Source: Trichormus sp. ATA11-4-KO1
GTDB taxonomy: Bacteria > Cyanobacteriota > Cyanobacteriia > Cyanobacteriales > Nostocaceae
Reading direction: 5' to 3'
Length of the DNA stretch: 64,000 nucleotides
NCBI GenBank assembly: GCA_019358915.1
Contig: JAHHIM010000073.1
Coordinates: 256,001 to 320,000, forward strand
The position numbers were made by a program, and so were the translations under genes. Of this stretch, positions 31,583 to 42,387 are shown in pieces (the stretch's first letter is position 1; every line of letters starts with the position of its first letter). Under the pieces are notes generated by a model. It was given only the letters and a program-made list of their open reading frames with translations. It did not search any database and was not told where the DNA came from.

Positions 31583-32437
31583 TCAAACCTGCCATACTCT
31601 AGGTACACAGCCACCACGTTGTAAAAAAGACACCCGTAGCAACTGCCAAACAACCGTAAACAAGTTTCTCACCTCAGACGTAGAAGCACCACGGTATCGA
31701 CACAAAAATCCATTTTGTAACTGCGTCACCCCAACTTCCCCTACCCCGTCCCATAAACTCCGCGCTTTTGCCAAGATTTCCCCAGAAACCGCACCTCCCA
31801 CCCAAACCAGACTACCCACTATTGGTTGTCCAGCCAAACCATGAGGACTGTGAAACACTTCTTCATTACCGGGTAACCACTGACGATCCATCCATAAAGG
31901 CACACCTTCCTGCCAAATTTCGGTATGCGATCGCCATTCTCCCTGTAAAAACTTTTCTCCTCTAGCACTGCGACCAAATCGAGTAATTTCCCAACCTAGG
32001 AAACTACCTCCAGGGGCTAATTCTATCCGTAAATCTTGCCGATAAACTGCCCCATTAAACAAAATTGTTTCTTGCGGTAACCACTCCAAACAAGCACCTG
32101 CATCAACTTGTATGTGAATATTTTGCCTAGCTTGCAGTCCATTACTACGGTATATCTTACTGGCTGCGGCTGTAGTAATTAAAGCTTGTGCATCGGGTTG
32201 GAGGTGGAAATTACAGGATAGGCGATCGCCCCCCACCACACCCCCAGCCGTGTGTAACATGACACTATGACAAACTTTTTTACCCTCTGGATAAAAAGGC
32301 TTTTGTACCTTTAGCGGTGCTTGATGGTGATTGTAAATTAACTGGGTAGTGTTTAGGCGATTGGCATAAACTAAATTAAGCTCGCCATGCCAACCTTCTT
32401 TATTTACTGTTGTTGAATTGGAATGCTGTAAAGTCAC
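31583..32437 (-). CDS. ureD: Urease accessory protein UreD
   Basis: APLKVQKPFYPEG, HTAGGVVGGD, TTAAASKIYRS, EWLPQETI, PRVW. Confidence 0.95.
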   Translation of the reverse strand: MTLQHSNSTTVNKEGWHGELNLVYANRLNTTQLIYNHHQAPLKVQKPFYPEGKKVCHSVMLHTAGGVVGGDRLSCNFHLQPDAQALITTAAASKIYRSNGLQARQNIHIQVDAGACLEWLPQETILFNGAVYRQDLRIELAPGGSFLGWEITRFGRSARGEKFLQGEWRSHTEIWQEGVPLWMDRQWLPGNEEVFHSPHGLAGQPIVGSLVWVGGAVSGEILAKARSLWDGVGEVGVTQLQNGFLCRYRGASTSEVRNLFTVVWQLLRVSFLQRGGCVPRVWQV

Positions 32438-32447
32438 AAATTAATAA

Positions 32448-33227
32448 TTAAATTGCTTCGCCAATATGTACGCTAGTACGATACACCATATGAACGAAGC
32501 CTTGCTCATTGTGAAACTGCTGATATAAATTTTCTAACTCCGAGATAAATTGATTGTGTGCTGCACCTTCTCTCGGCACATAAGAAGAACTCATTGCCCT
32601 ACCAATTAGACCAACCAAATTTAACTCTTGCCGATAAGTAAAGGTATATTCACTAATATTAATAAAATGAGGATTGGTCAATAAAGGTGCTACTGATTGC
32701 ATCCGTGACTCTGCTGGATGATTGTTAGATGCTGCACGTACTATGCGGCTATACTCAGCAGTTAAAACATCATCTTTGTCACGATTATTCCACACCACAG
32801 CTAACCGTCCCGATGGTTTTAAGATACGATGAAATTCAAATAAACTACGTTCTGGGTTAAACCAGTGGAAAGCTTGAAAACAGGTAACTAAATCAACAGA
32901 TTTATCAGGTAATTTTGTTGCTTCTGCTGTTCCATCTCGGAATTCTATTAAAGGATGAGTTTCAGCAGCTTTTCTCATAGCTGTATTTGGTTCGATAGCA
33001 ATCACATTCACTCCACGTTCAGCTAATAATCGTGAAGCAATTCCTGTACCTGCACCAATATCTGCGGCTACGAGTTGCGAAGTAGAAGACAATCCTTGCA
33101 GAACAAGATCAATAGCTGCATCAGGATAGCTTGGACGATATTTTACATAATCCTCAGATCTATCAGAAAATCGATGCAGTGGATTTAAGGTATATAGAGG
33201 TATTTGATCGGAGTTAATTTCGCTCAT
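32448..33227 (-). CDS. Class I SAM-dependent methyltransferase
   Basis: YRPSYP, DIGAGTG, QAFHWF. Confidence 0.92.
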   Translation of the reverse strand: MSEINSDQIPLYTLNPLHRFSDRSEDYVKYRPSYPDAAIDLVLQGLSSTSQLVAADIGAGTGIASRLLAERGVNVIAIEPNTAMRKAAETHPLIEFRDGTAEATKLPDKSVDLVTCFQAFHWFNPERSLFEFHRILKPSGRLAVVWNNRDKDDVLTAEYSRIVRAASNNHPAESRMQSVAPLLTNPHFINISEYTFTYRQELNLVGLIGRAMSSSYVPREGAAHNQFISELENLYQQFHNEQGFVHMVYRTSVHIGEAI

Positions 33228-33316
33228 ATTTCACAGTTTAATTAATTCTCATTCTGCTGTTTTTAGCATATAACTAAATCAGCATTTTCAGAATTAATCT
33301 GTAGAGACGTTGTATA

Positions 33317-33457
33317 TATAGCGTTTCCTAATCTGCTGAAGTACTGAGTACAGCGCTAATAAAATTTGGCAATCTTTGCGTAACTCTGCGCTACCTTAGC
33401 TTCCCTCTACGTTAAATAACATTAGTTCTGTACCTCACTTAATTAGGAATCGCTATA
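33317..33457. mobile_element. 141-bp MITE family C inserted in a GTAGAGACG palindrome
   Basis: TIRs TATAGCGTTTCCTAAT / ATTAGGAATCGCTATA (15/16 match). Confidence 0.75.
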
Positions 33458-33551
33458 ACGCCTTTTATATCACAACGATATTATACACAAACTTACTACA
33501 ATAAAATTAAAAGCACTGTACTTGGCTTATATGCATGAAATAAAACAACAT

Positions 33552-33592
33552 AAAAAAATAGCCACCTCCACAGGAGAAGCAGCTATTTTTTT
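33552..33592 (-). terminator. Rho-independent terminator of groESL
   Basis: AAAAAAATAGC...GCTATTTTTTT stem with a T-tract on both strands. Confidence 0.7.
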
Positions 33593-33618
33593 CAACTTAT
33601 TTGACTGACTACAGAATA

Positions 33619-35292
<1,674 letters not shown>

Positions 35293-35298
35293 TTAATT

Positions 35299-35417
35299 AG
35301 GCATTGGGCATTGGGGAGGCAGTGCAGTCTTGGGGTCTCCTCAAGTGGAGCAACTGCCGTCATTGGGTATTGGGCATTGGGCTTCCCCATTCCCAACTCC
35401 CTGTTCCCCATTCCCCA
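35299..35417. repeat. STRR (CATTGGG)n with a nested palindromic SDR-like insert in the groES-groEL spacer
   Basis: GGCATTGGGCATTGG[GGAGGCAGT...ACTGCCGT]CATTGGGTATTGGGCATTGGG then CCCCATT-type units. Confidence 0.75.
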
Positions 35418-35729
35418 TTAACTGACGACTGCTAAGATATCTTTTTCAGAAAGCAGTACATACTCTTCGGTGCCGAGCTTGACGTCAGTGCCAGCGTACT
35501 TGGAGTACAGCACTTTATCTCCGACTTTAATGTCTAATTCCTGACGGCTACCGTCATCGTTACGCTTGCCAGGGCCAAGGGCGACTACTTCCCCTACTTG
35601 GGGTTTTTCCTGGGCATTGTCGGGCAAATACAGACCACCTGCGGTCTTCTCTTCCGGGGCGCTCACTTTGACAAAAACGCGATCGCCTAGGGGTTTAACT
35701 GTAGAAACGCTTAAAGTTACAGCTGCCAT
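35418..35729 (-). CDS. groES: Co-chaperonin GroES
   Basis: [25 protein letters not shown]. Confidence 0.99.
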   Translation of the reverse strand: MAAVTLSVSTVKPLGDRVFVKVSAPEEKTAGGLYLPDNAQEKPQVGEVVALGPGKRNDDGSRQELDIKVGDKVLYSKYAGTDVKLGTEEYVLLSEKDILAVVS

Positions 35730-35749
35730 AAATATTTATTTCTCCAGAG

Positions 35750-35776
35750 TTAGCACTCTCAACTCCTGAGTGCTAA
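35750..35776. promoter_or_regulatory. CIRCE element (HrcA operator)
   Basis: Perfect TTAGCACTC-N9-GAGTGCTAA; overlaps minus-strand -10 TAAATT; -35 TTGCCA at 35799-35804. Confidence 0.97.
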
Positions 35777-35815
35777 TTTACCGAACAGCAGCATCCCATG
35801 GCAACAATTACCTGA

Positions 35816-35831
35816 GTACGGGTTCCCGCAC
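35816..35831 (-). promoter_or_regulatory. K-box upstream of groESL
   Basis: Minus strand GTGCGG-GAAC-CCGTAC versus consensus GTTCGG-NNAN-CCNNAC (1 mismatch), just upstream of the -35. Confidence 0.75.
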
Positions 35832-35979
35832 TAGGAAAGTGCAGGATTACTTACAGTATAAATACTTGATTATTTCTATCTTTCAGGTTCTGTTTGGTAA
35901 GTTACGAATATTTTTATGTGGACAAATTTATTTGCAAAGTTGGGAAATTGTTATAGAACTGTAATCAGGGTGCCGCTCG

Positions 35980-36448
35980 ATGAGTAACATTACAGTGATC
36001 CAGTGCAGCAGTCAAATCCCTAAAACCACTCAATCTTAGACAACAAAGCCTTAAGTAATTGTGTGGAAGCTTTAGGAATTGCCAAATTCAGCGCCGCATT
36101 TTGATTTGTGCTGAGCAAACAATTGCTGACTGCTGTTCAAAACAATTTAGTCTGGAATCCTGAGAATACTTGAAAAAGCGACAACTTCAAGAGCTAAAAC
36201 TTGATCGGCTGCATGACAGTCATTCCATGTGCATAATTAAAACTAAAGCCAATTGCTTGCGAGTTTGTTGTTCTAGACCGATAATAGTTTTCTACCCAGA
36301 TGGTGCCCGGTATCGCCAAGCAAACCCGGAAGTTATTGAGCGGATCATCCCAGAACACTGTAATCGGCAATTAAGGTGGTGGAAGAATATGCATTTTTAA
36401 CCCATCTTTTGCCGGATACTCCCCTACTTGCTTGTGAACATTTGATAA
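35980..36448 (+). pseudogene. Thioredoxin-like (2Fe-2S) ferredoxin pseudogene
   Basis: LSNCVEALGI / QRRILICAEQTIADCCSK...LES*EYLKKR...TKANCLRVC...YPDGARY...PEVIERII; frameshifts and an internal stop. Confidence 0.8.
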
Positions 36449-36782
36449 AGGCTTAACATCCGCAGGATATAGTAAAGCAGTAAGCCTATGAAAGTGCGGG
36501 TTGTTTTGAAGTTAGGGTCATCTTGAGCCAATACGTAACTTGTGAATCGGAAAGATTATTATTTAATCAGTGTTTTTTCACCCGCCACTTTCAAAGCAAT
36601 ATATAATAACGCATTATAAATACTACTGCTCTACGTATCCTTACCGGACATTTGCCAATGAGCTAGTAGTCTCACAGAAAGTGACCACCACTTTTGAGAC
36701 TTATAGAAAACAAAGGCAAGTTAAGTGGGAACAGGACAACATCTCAACAATCCACCATAGAGGATAACCATTCAAGACCTTG

Positions 36783-37460
36783 ATGGACCGAAGCGCGACA
36801 AGTGCCACTGCTATGAAAGAGCCCAGCATGAAAGATCACAAACGACTTCTACTGATTGATGATGACCCTAACCTCATCTTGCTGGTGAAGGATTACCTGG
36901 AATTCAGAGGCTATGAAGTCAACACTGCCGAAAATGGACGAGAAGCTCTGGAAATTCTCGAACAAGATGTTCCAGACATGATTATCTGTGACGTAATGAT
37001 GCCGGAAATGGACGGATATACTTTTGTAGAACAAGTCCGGCAAAACGAGCGTACTGGCTGGATTCCCGTCCTCTTCCTTTCAGCCAAAGGACAAAGTGCA
37101 GACCGAGTTAAAGGTCTGAATAAAGGGGCTGATGTATATATGGTCAAGCCCTTTGAGCCGGAAGAACTCGTAGCGCAAGTAGAATCTTCACTGAAGCAAA
37201 CTATCCGTTGGAAAGAACACCAAGCCAAAGGAGGAGAAAACGGTTCCCGTATTCAGGTTCCCTTTGATGTGCAGTTAACCCCAACTGAACTGAAAGTAGT
37301 CCAGTTTGTTGCTAGAGGGTTAGCTAACCGGGAAATCGCTGAAGAATTAAACGTTAGTCAGCGCACAGTTGAAAGCCATGTGTCCAATATGTTGGGCAAA
37401 ACCAATCTCCACAACCGCACTGAACTAGCACGTTGGGCGATTGAAAATCAAATGGCTTAA
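36783..37460 (+). CDS. NarL/LuxR response regulator (Rre1/Ycf29-like)
   Basis: REC domain (LIDDD, CDVMMP) plus LuxR HTH (LTPTE...ANREIAEEL...TVESHVSN). Confidence 0.9.
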   Translation: MDRSATSATAMKEPSMKDHKRLLLIDDDPNLILLVKDYLEFRGYEVNTAENGREALEILEQDVPDMIICDVMMPEMDGYTFVEQVRQNERTGWIPVLFLSAKGQSADRVKGLNKGADVYMVKPFEPEELVAQVESSLKQTIRWKEHQAKGGENGSRIQVPFDVQLTPTELKVVQFVARGLANREIAEELNVSQRTVESHVSNMLGKTNLHNRTELARWAIENQMA

Positions 37461-37695
37461 ATTTCTATCAGCATTCAGCCGTCAGCTTTTAAATGTTTAA
37501 CCAACTGCTGACAGCTGATAGCCACATCACAAGTCTTCTACTTTGGGGGGTGGATTGGTGAAAATTTTCTCTCTACAATTCATCCAAGTAAGTTAGAGCG
37601 CTTTGAATTGGGAACGTTTTCCACACAGTTCCAGCGTAAAGCATTACTACACCCCATTGAGCATTAGGCAACAATAAGACAGGGTACATTACACA

Positions 37696-37752
37696 AAGAC
37701 GGCGGGAAAGCCTCTTCCTTCAATGGGTGAGAGAACCGTCACCCGCCGTCTT
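37696..37752. mobile_element. Possible IS200/IS605-type terminal hairpin remnant
   Basis: 11-bp IR AAGACGGCGGG...CCCGCCGTCTT enclosing AAAGCCTCTTCCTTCAATGGGTGAG; no transposase nearby. Confidence 0.45.
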
Positions 37753-37884
37753 AAGTAATTTCATTAGTATTAATAACACCCCAAACTTGAGCATAGCCAA
37801 AGTCTGGGGATGTTAGCTTTCATCCTGATTGCTTTTCTAGGTAAGATTAAAATAGTTATGGTTAACTGTTTGGAAAATACAAAA

Positions 37885-37956
37885 AGCCCGTGACGAGGAT
37901 TGAACTCGTGACCTCACCCTTACCAAGGGTGTGCTCTACCACTGAGCCACACGGGC
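37885..37956 (-). tRNA. tRNA-Thr(GGT)
   Basis: GCCCGTG acceptor, CCCTT-GGT-AAGGG anticodon arm, GTTCAATCC T-loop; CCA not encoded. Confidence 0.96.
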
Positions 37957-38043
37957 AAAGATTAACTTTAATTTTAAATTTATGAGCTATAAATTTGTAA
38001 GCTTTACCAGTTACTCAGAAATTATAGCTCATAAACTTAGAAG

Positions 38044-38129
38044 TGGTGGGCCGGGCTGGATTTGAACCAGCGTAGGCGCTAGCCAACGGATTTACAGTCC
38101 GTCTCCATTAACCACTCGGACACCGACCC
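38044..38129 (-). tRNA. tRNA-Tyr(GTA)
   Basis: GGGTCGG acceptor, GACT-GTA-AATC anticodon loop, long variable arm, GGTTCAAATCC, encoded CCA. Confidence 0.96.
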
Positions 38130-38148
38130 ATTTGTCTCACGATTATCA

Positions 38149-38177
38149 ATCTTAGCACCAGGCTTGAGAAATTGCAA
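38149..38177 (-). promoter_or_regulatory. Promoter of the tRNA-Tyr/tRNA-Thr operon
   Basis: Minus strand TTGCAA-N17-TAAGAT with extended TG. Confidence 0.7.
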
Positions 38178-38194
38178 CAACTTAAAAAATTTAT

Positions 38195-38226
38195 AGAAAC
38201 TGGGTTTTTCCACAAACCCAGTTTCT
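38195..38226. terminator. Hairpin after the ABC transporter gene
   Basis: AGAAACTGGGTTT...AAACCCAGTTTCT. Confidence 0.65.
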
Positions 38227-38231
38227 GATTA

Positions 38232-40052
38232 CTAACTCAGAAATTCTCCGGTTTCTTGCAGGGAGTGCAAGCGGCGGTATATGCCCTCATGACGTAAAAG
38301 TTCATCGTGACTACCCACTTCTGCAATCCTTCCTTGATCGAGAACCACAATCTGGTCTGCTTCCCGTACTGTACTCAGACGGTGAGCAATGACAATTGTG
38401 GTGCAAGTTCCCTGAATTGATCGCATCGCCAATTGAATTGCTCGCTCAGACTCATAATCTAAGCTAGAGGTCGCTTCGTCAAAAATTAGCACATCTGGTT
38501 CTACTAACAACGCCCTGGCAATTCCCAAGCGCTGTCTTTGTCCCCCAGATAACCTGACACCACGTTCCCCGACAACGGTGTAATAACCTTGAGGTAAGTG
38601 TTCTAAAACTTCATCAACTCTGGCAATCCGACAGGCTTCTTTGACTTGTTCCAGACTGGCATTTGGTCTGCCATAAGTGAGGTTATCCAATACAGTACCA
38701 TTGAAAACATCTACTTCTTGGTGAACGATCGCTAACCTGCGCCTATAGTTACCTACATCCAAGGTGCGAATATCTTGACCATCAATCAAAATCTGACCTT
38801 CTTGAGGTTCAAAATACCGCAACAGCAGTTTTACTAAGGTAGACTTACCAGAACCGGAACGTCCGACTAATGCCACTGTTTGGTATGGTTCAATCAATAA
38901 GTTGATATCTTGTAAAACTTGACGGCTATCATCATAGCCAAAACTGACGTGCGACAACTCAATTTTTCCAGTAAATTTATAGGATGAACCTGCTTGAATT
39001 TCCTCTTCTAAAAGAGTAGCTGAATCGGCTGCAATTGGTTCTTGGAGAAATTCATGAAACCGCAACATTGAGGAATAACGGCGGGCAAAAACTTCTGCCA
39101 GATTACTAATAGGTTCTAACTCAGAATATGCCATGCTAGAAAGAGTTAAGGTCATAATAAAATGACCCAGAGAAATCCTCCCATCTACTGTTGCCGCTAA
39201 AGTTAAACTCAATATTGCAAACACGCAAAACTGAATTACAGCCTTTTGCCAAGTTATCAGTTTCACATAACCTTTGTGGATACGATGATCCACCACCGTG
39301 AACTCACGATTCAAACGTTGCTTTTGGCGTTTTAGTTCATTGGCTTCGGTGGCAAATGCTTTCACAGTTTTGATATTAGTGATTAATTCGGAAGTCCGAC
39401 TTTCGGTGCTTTCCATGTATTTATCCAGGCGACTTTCGTGCCAAATTATCCGTCGCAAGGTCTTTAAGGTAAAGCTGAGGATAACTACAAAGGAAATCAG
39501 ATATAAAATCGCAATCCGCCACTCAATTAACAAGATAAACACAAAAATTCCCACTACACGAACTAGTTTAGGGATTAACTGTCCGGCAATTTCGGGATAT
39601 GTCCAAGTGTGGTTAGCAAGACCTCTAGCTACTCTTCCGGAAATGCGTCCGGGGTTATTTTCATCATAAAATTCCAGTGGGAGAGTGAGAATTTTGGCTA
39701 TAGCTGTTTGAGTCTGATCTCGACGTGCCCTTAAGGGTATATCCCAGTGAAACCAACTGGTCATCCAAGGCTGAGTGGGCGCTTTGACTACGGTGACTAA
39801 AAAAATCAACCCCAGTAATACACCCAAAGATAGAGGCTTATTAACTGGGTAATTGGTAAATTCTGCAATATTGGCGATCGCACTTTGCAGTGGTCTATCC
39901 AAAGGTTGGTCAGACAAAACGTTTAAAATCTGCCCAATCGCGTAAGGAACAACCAAATCAATAATTTCGTAAATGCTGGATGCAGTAATACTGAAAACAC
40001 TCAGCCTCCAGTCGGGACGAAAGTAATTGAGAATATCTCGAAATTTTGCCAT
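38232..40052 (-). CDS. ABC exporter, fused permease/ATPase (MsbA/HetA-like)
   Basis: TM domain plus GRSGSGKS, LSGGQRQR, FDEATSSLD, IAHRLST. Confidence 0.93.
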   Translation of the reverse strand: MAKFRDILNYFRPDWRLSVFSITASSIYEIIDLVVPYAIGQILNVLSDQPLDRPLQSAIANIAEFTNYPVNKPLSLGVLLGLIFLVTVVKAPTQPWMTSWFHWDIPLRARRDQTQTAIAKILTLPLEFYDENNPGRISGRVARGLANHTWTYPEIAGQLIPKLVRVVGIFVFILLIEWRIAILYLISFVVILSFTLKTLRRIIWHESRLDKYMESTESRTSELITNIKTVKAFATEANELKRQKQRLNREFTVVDHRIHKGYVKLITWQKAVIQFCVFAILSLTLAATVDGRISLGHFIMTLTLSSMAYSELEPISNLAEVFARRYSSMLRFHEFLQEPIAADSATLLEEEIQAGSSYKFTGKIELSHVSFGYDDSRQVLQDINLLIEPYQTVALVGRSGSGKSTLVKLLLRYFEPQEGQILIDGQDIRTLDVGNYRRRLAIVHQEVDVFNGTVLDNLTYGRPNASLEQVKEACRIARVDEVLEHLPQGYYTVVGERGVRLSGGQRQRLGIARALLVEPDVLIFDEATSSLDYESERAIQLAMRSIQGTCTTIVIAHRLSTVREADQIVVLDQGRIAEVGSHDELLRHEGIYRRLHSLQETGEFLS

Positions 40053-40140
40053 GATGCACACCGTCCAAGAGCGCGGGCGTTAGCTTGGAATACTTATACT
40101 ACATATGTAATATAATGTAGTCAAGTGCTACTCCACTAAA

Positions 40141-40701
40141 TCATTCTTGAGGAGTAGTGGGTAGTGGTGGGAAAAATTCTAGGCGATAGCGATAAAGGGC
40201 AACTGGACGAGAATTCGCCGCAAAATAATCTGGGTCTTGGGGTGAAAGATAAACAGCAGTAACTTGATCCGCTTCGATGGTAGGTTGAGATGTAGAAAGT
40301 TGGTGGTAAGCAGTGGTAGATTCGACCGAATTAAAATAGGGACGTGAATCGCCTTTAAATAGTTGTTGAAATACTTCTGAGGTAATGAACTGACCATCTG
40401 AATTCGTTTCAGTAGCAGGTGCAGTGACGATGGAAACTAATTGGCGTTCACCGCGCAAAAGGGTAATTTGACGATTAGGTGAATTTGGATCTACTTTGAC
40501 TGATAACACAGCTGCATCCCCTAAATAGGCCCTAGCCAAATTCAAGCTATTAAATGCTCTATCTGCCACCAAAATTGATGATTTATTATCTATCTGAGGG
40601 ATGAGTTTTAACTCAGTAATCGGGTGTTTTGCTGGAATAAAACGTACTAAGAAACTCACAGGCTGATTGAGTTGTTGGCGATTAGCTTCAAAGCCAGGGG
40701 T
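40141..40701 (-). pseudogene. 5'-truncated conserved cyanobacterial protein (DUF6816-like)
   Basis: Frame extends upstream of the GTG as TPGFEANRQQLNQP and then meets a stop with no start; VADRAFN and YLSPQDPDYF motifs. Confidence 0.55.
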
Positions 40702-40805
40702 GTAGAAAAAGATACTAGTGCGGGACTAGCGATCACCTTGACAACGCTGGCAGAGATATTAGCTAACAGAATATCAATACACTCTATTAGCTAATATCAC
40801 TACAT

Positions 40806-41213
40806 TCATAAAGTTTCAATTGGTAAAGGTTGCCAAACTTCCCCATATTGTTCTCGTAGAGACTGCCAAGCTTCCACTTGACCTGGTTCGTATTCTCCCG
40901 GTTTACCCCATTGTAAAAACAAGCTTAAAGCAGGTTCTTTTGTCTCATCTAAAAAGCGGATAGCATAAGTAGTAAAGTTGCCTCTTTTTGCTTCACCAGT
41001 TTCAAATTTTATCTGAGTAATTTTGTCCATATTCAAGTGAAACTCAAAGTTTTCTGTGTGCAGATTCGCATACTTACCTTTGAGCAATTCGGCATAAAAT
41101 AGTTTTTCTATCTTGCCGCGAGCTTCTAATACAGCAGCGCTGCTAGTGACAATAATCCGTAAAGTTCCCAGATTTTCACAAGCTTCTAAAAAGTCTTTTA
41201 CATTTTTATTCAT
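40806..41213 (-). CDS. ChuX/HutX-family haem-binding-like protein
   Basis: LGTLRIIVTSSAAVLEARG, YANL, FEFHLN, YAIRFLD. Confidence 0.75.
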   Translation of the reverse strand: MNKNVKDFLEACENLGTLRIIVTSSAAVLEARGKIEKLFYAELLKGKYANLHTENFEFHLNMDKITQIKFETGEAKRGNFTTYAIRFLDETKEPALSLFLQWGKPGEYEPGQVEAWQSLREQYGEVWQPLPIETL

Positions 41214-41290
41214 AATCAGCAATTAGTTATCAGGTTTTGCAATTAGTCCAGGTTTGGAAAAGTTTCAGAAACCACAGATAATTTTCTATT

Positions 41291-42244
41291 TTATCTTTCG
41301 TATTTTTCATAAGCAGCAACAATGCGCTGAACTAGAGGATGACGCACGACATCTTGTTGGGTGAATTCGCAAAAGCTAATGCCTTCAACATTTTTGAGGA
41401 CTTGTAAAGCCACTGCTAATCCTGATTTTTGGTTCAGGGGTAAATCAGTTTGTGTCGTGTCTCCTGTAATTACCATCCGGGAACGAAAGCCTAAACGAGT
41501 TAACACCATTTTCATTTGAGCGGGTGTAGTATTTTGGGCTTCATCGACAATTACAAAGGCATGATTGAGCGTGCGTCCACGCATATAGGCGAGTGGTGCG
41601 ACTTCAATCACTCCACGTTCTATTAAATTAGGGACTTTTTCTTGATCGATGAATTCATAAATAGCATCGTAAAGTGGGCGGAGATAGGGGTTGACTTTTT
41701 GTTGTAAATCTCCGGGCAAAAATCCGAGTTTTTCCCCAGCTTCCACGGCAGGACGAGTTAAAATTAGCTTTTCTACTTGGTTATTTAAAAGTGCTTGCAC
41801 AGCAACGACAACCGCGAGGTATGTTTTACCTGTACCAGCAGGCCCGATGCAAAATGTCAAGTCACGCTTACGGATATCCTCAATGTACTGTCGTTGGCGA
41901 AAAGTTTTGGCCCGAATTTCTTCACCTCGACGAGTTTTGGCCAGGACATCTCGCTGTAATTCTTGAAGTTCCCCTTGCCGATGGTTATCTAAGGCTTGAC
42001 GGGCTGTTAAGATATCGGCACTGGAAATTGTATTGCCTTTAATCCAGATTTCTTCAAGCGATCGCACTAATTGCGCTGCCAAATGAATTTGCGCTTCTGT
42101 GCCAGCAATGTGTAGTTCTTGCCCGCGTAGGACTAAACTAGCTCCTGTTTGTCGGGATAAGATTTTCAGGTTTTCTTCCCGATCACCGGCTAGAGCGATC
42201 GCACTGGAAATATTAGGCAGCTGAATTGTTAAGGCATCTGCCAT
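41291..42244 (-). CDS. phoH: PhoH-like ATPase
   Basis: GPAGTGKT, LTRPAVEAGE, AYMRGRTL, DEAQN, VVRHPLV. Confidence 0.95.
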   Translation of the reverse strand: MADALTIQLPNISSAIALAGDREENLKILSRQTGASLVLRGQELHIAGTEAQIHLAAQLVRSLEEIWIKGNTISSADILTARQALDNHRQGELQELQRDVLAKTRRGEEIRAKTFRQRQYIEDIRKRDLTFCIGPAGTGKTYLAVVVAVQALLNNQVEKLILTRPAVEAGEKLGFLPGDLQQKVNPYLRPLYDAIYEFIDQEKVPNLIERGVIEVAPLAYMRGRTLNHAFVIVDEAQNTTPAQMKMVLTRLGFRSRMVITGDTTQTDLPLNQKSGLAVALQVLKNVEGISFCEFTQQDVVRHPLVQRIVAAYEKYER

Positions 42245-42343
42245 AAGTATTTATTTCTTAATTTCTGAAGTGCAGTTTTTGACAACAAAGGTCATACCAT
42301 TTTTAATCTTTAATTTTTAATCTTTAATTTTTAATTTGAAATA

Positions 42344-42373
42344 TCTGAGCGGAGTTAACTTCCACCGCTCAGA
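42344..42373. terminator. Hairpin downstream of the KH-domain gene
   Basis: TCTGAGCGG...CCGCTCAGA. Confidence 0.6.
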
Positions 42374-42387
42374 CTTTCGCTTGTTAA

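Noticed and set aside
37885..38129. tRNA-anchored genomic island or prophage
   Set aside because: No integrase, no duplicated tRNA 3' end noticed, and flanking genes are core-like.
40098..40111. ACTACATATGTAAT as a LexA box upstream of the ABC exporter
   Set aside because: Two mismatches to the cyanobacterial consensus in AT-rich sequence; unsupported.
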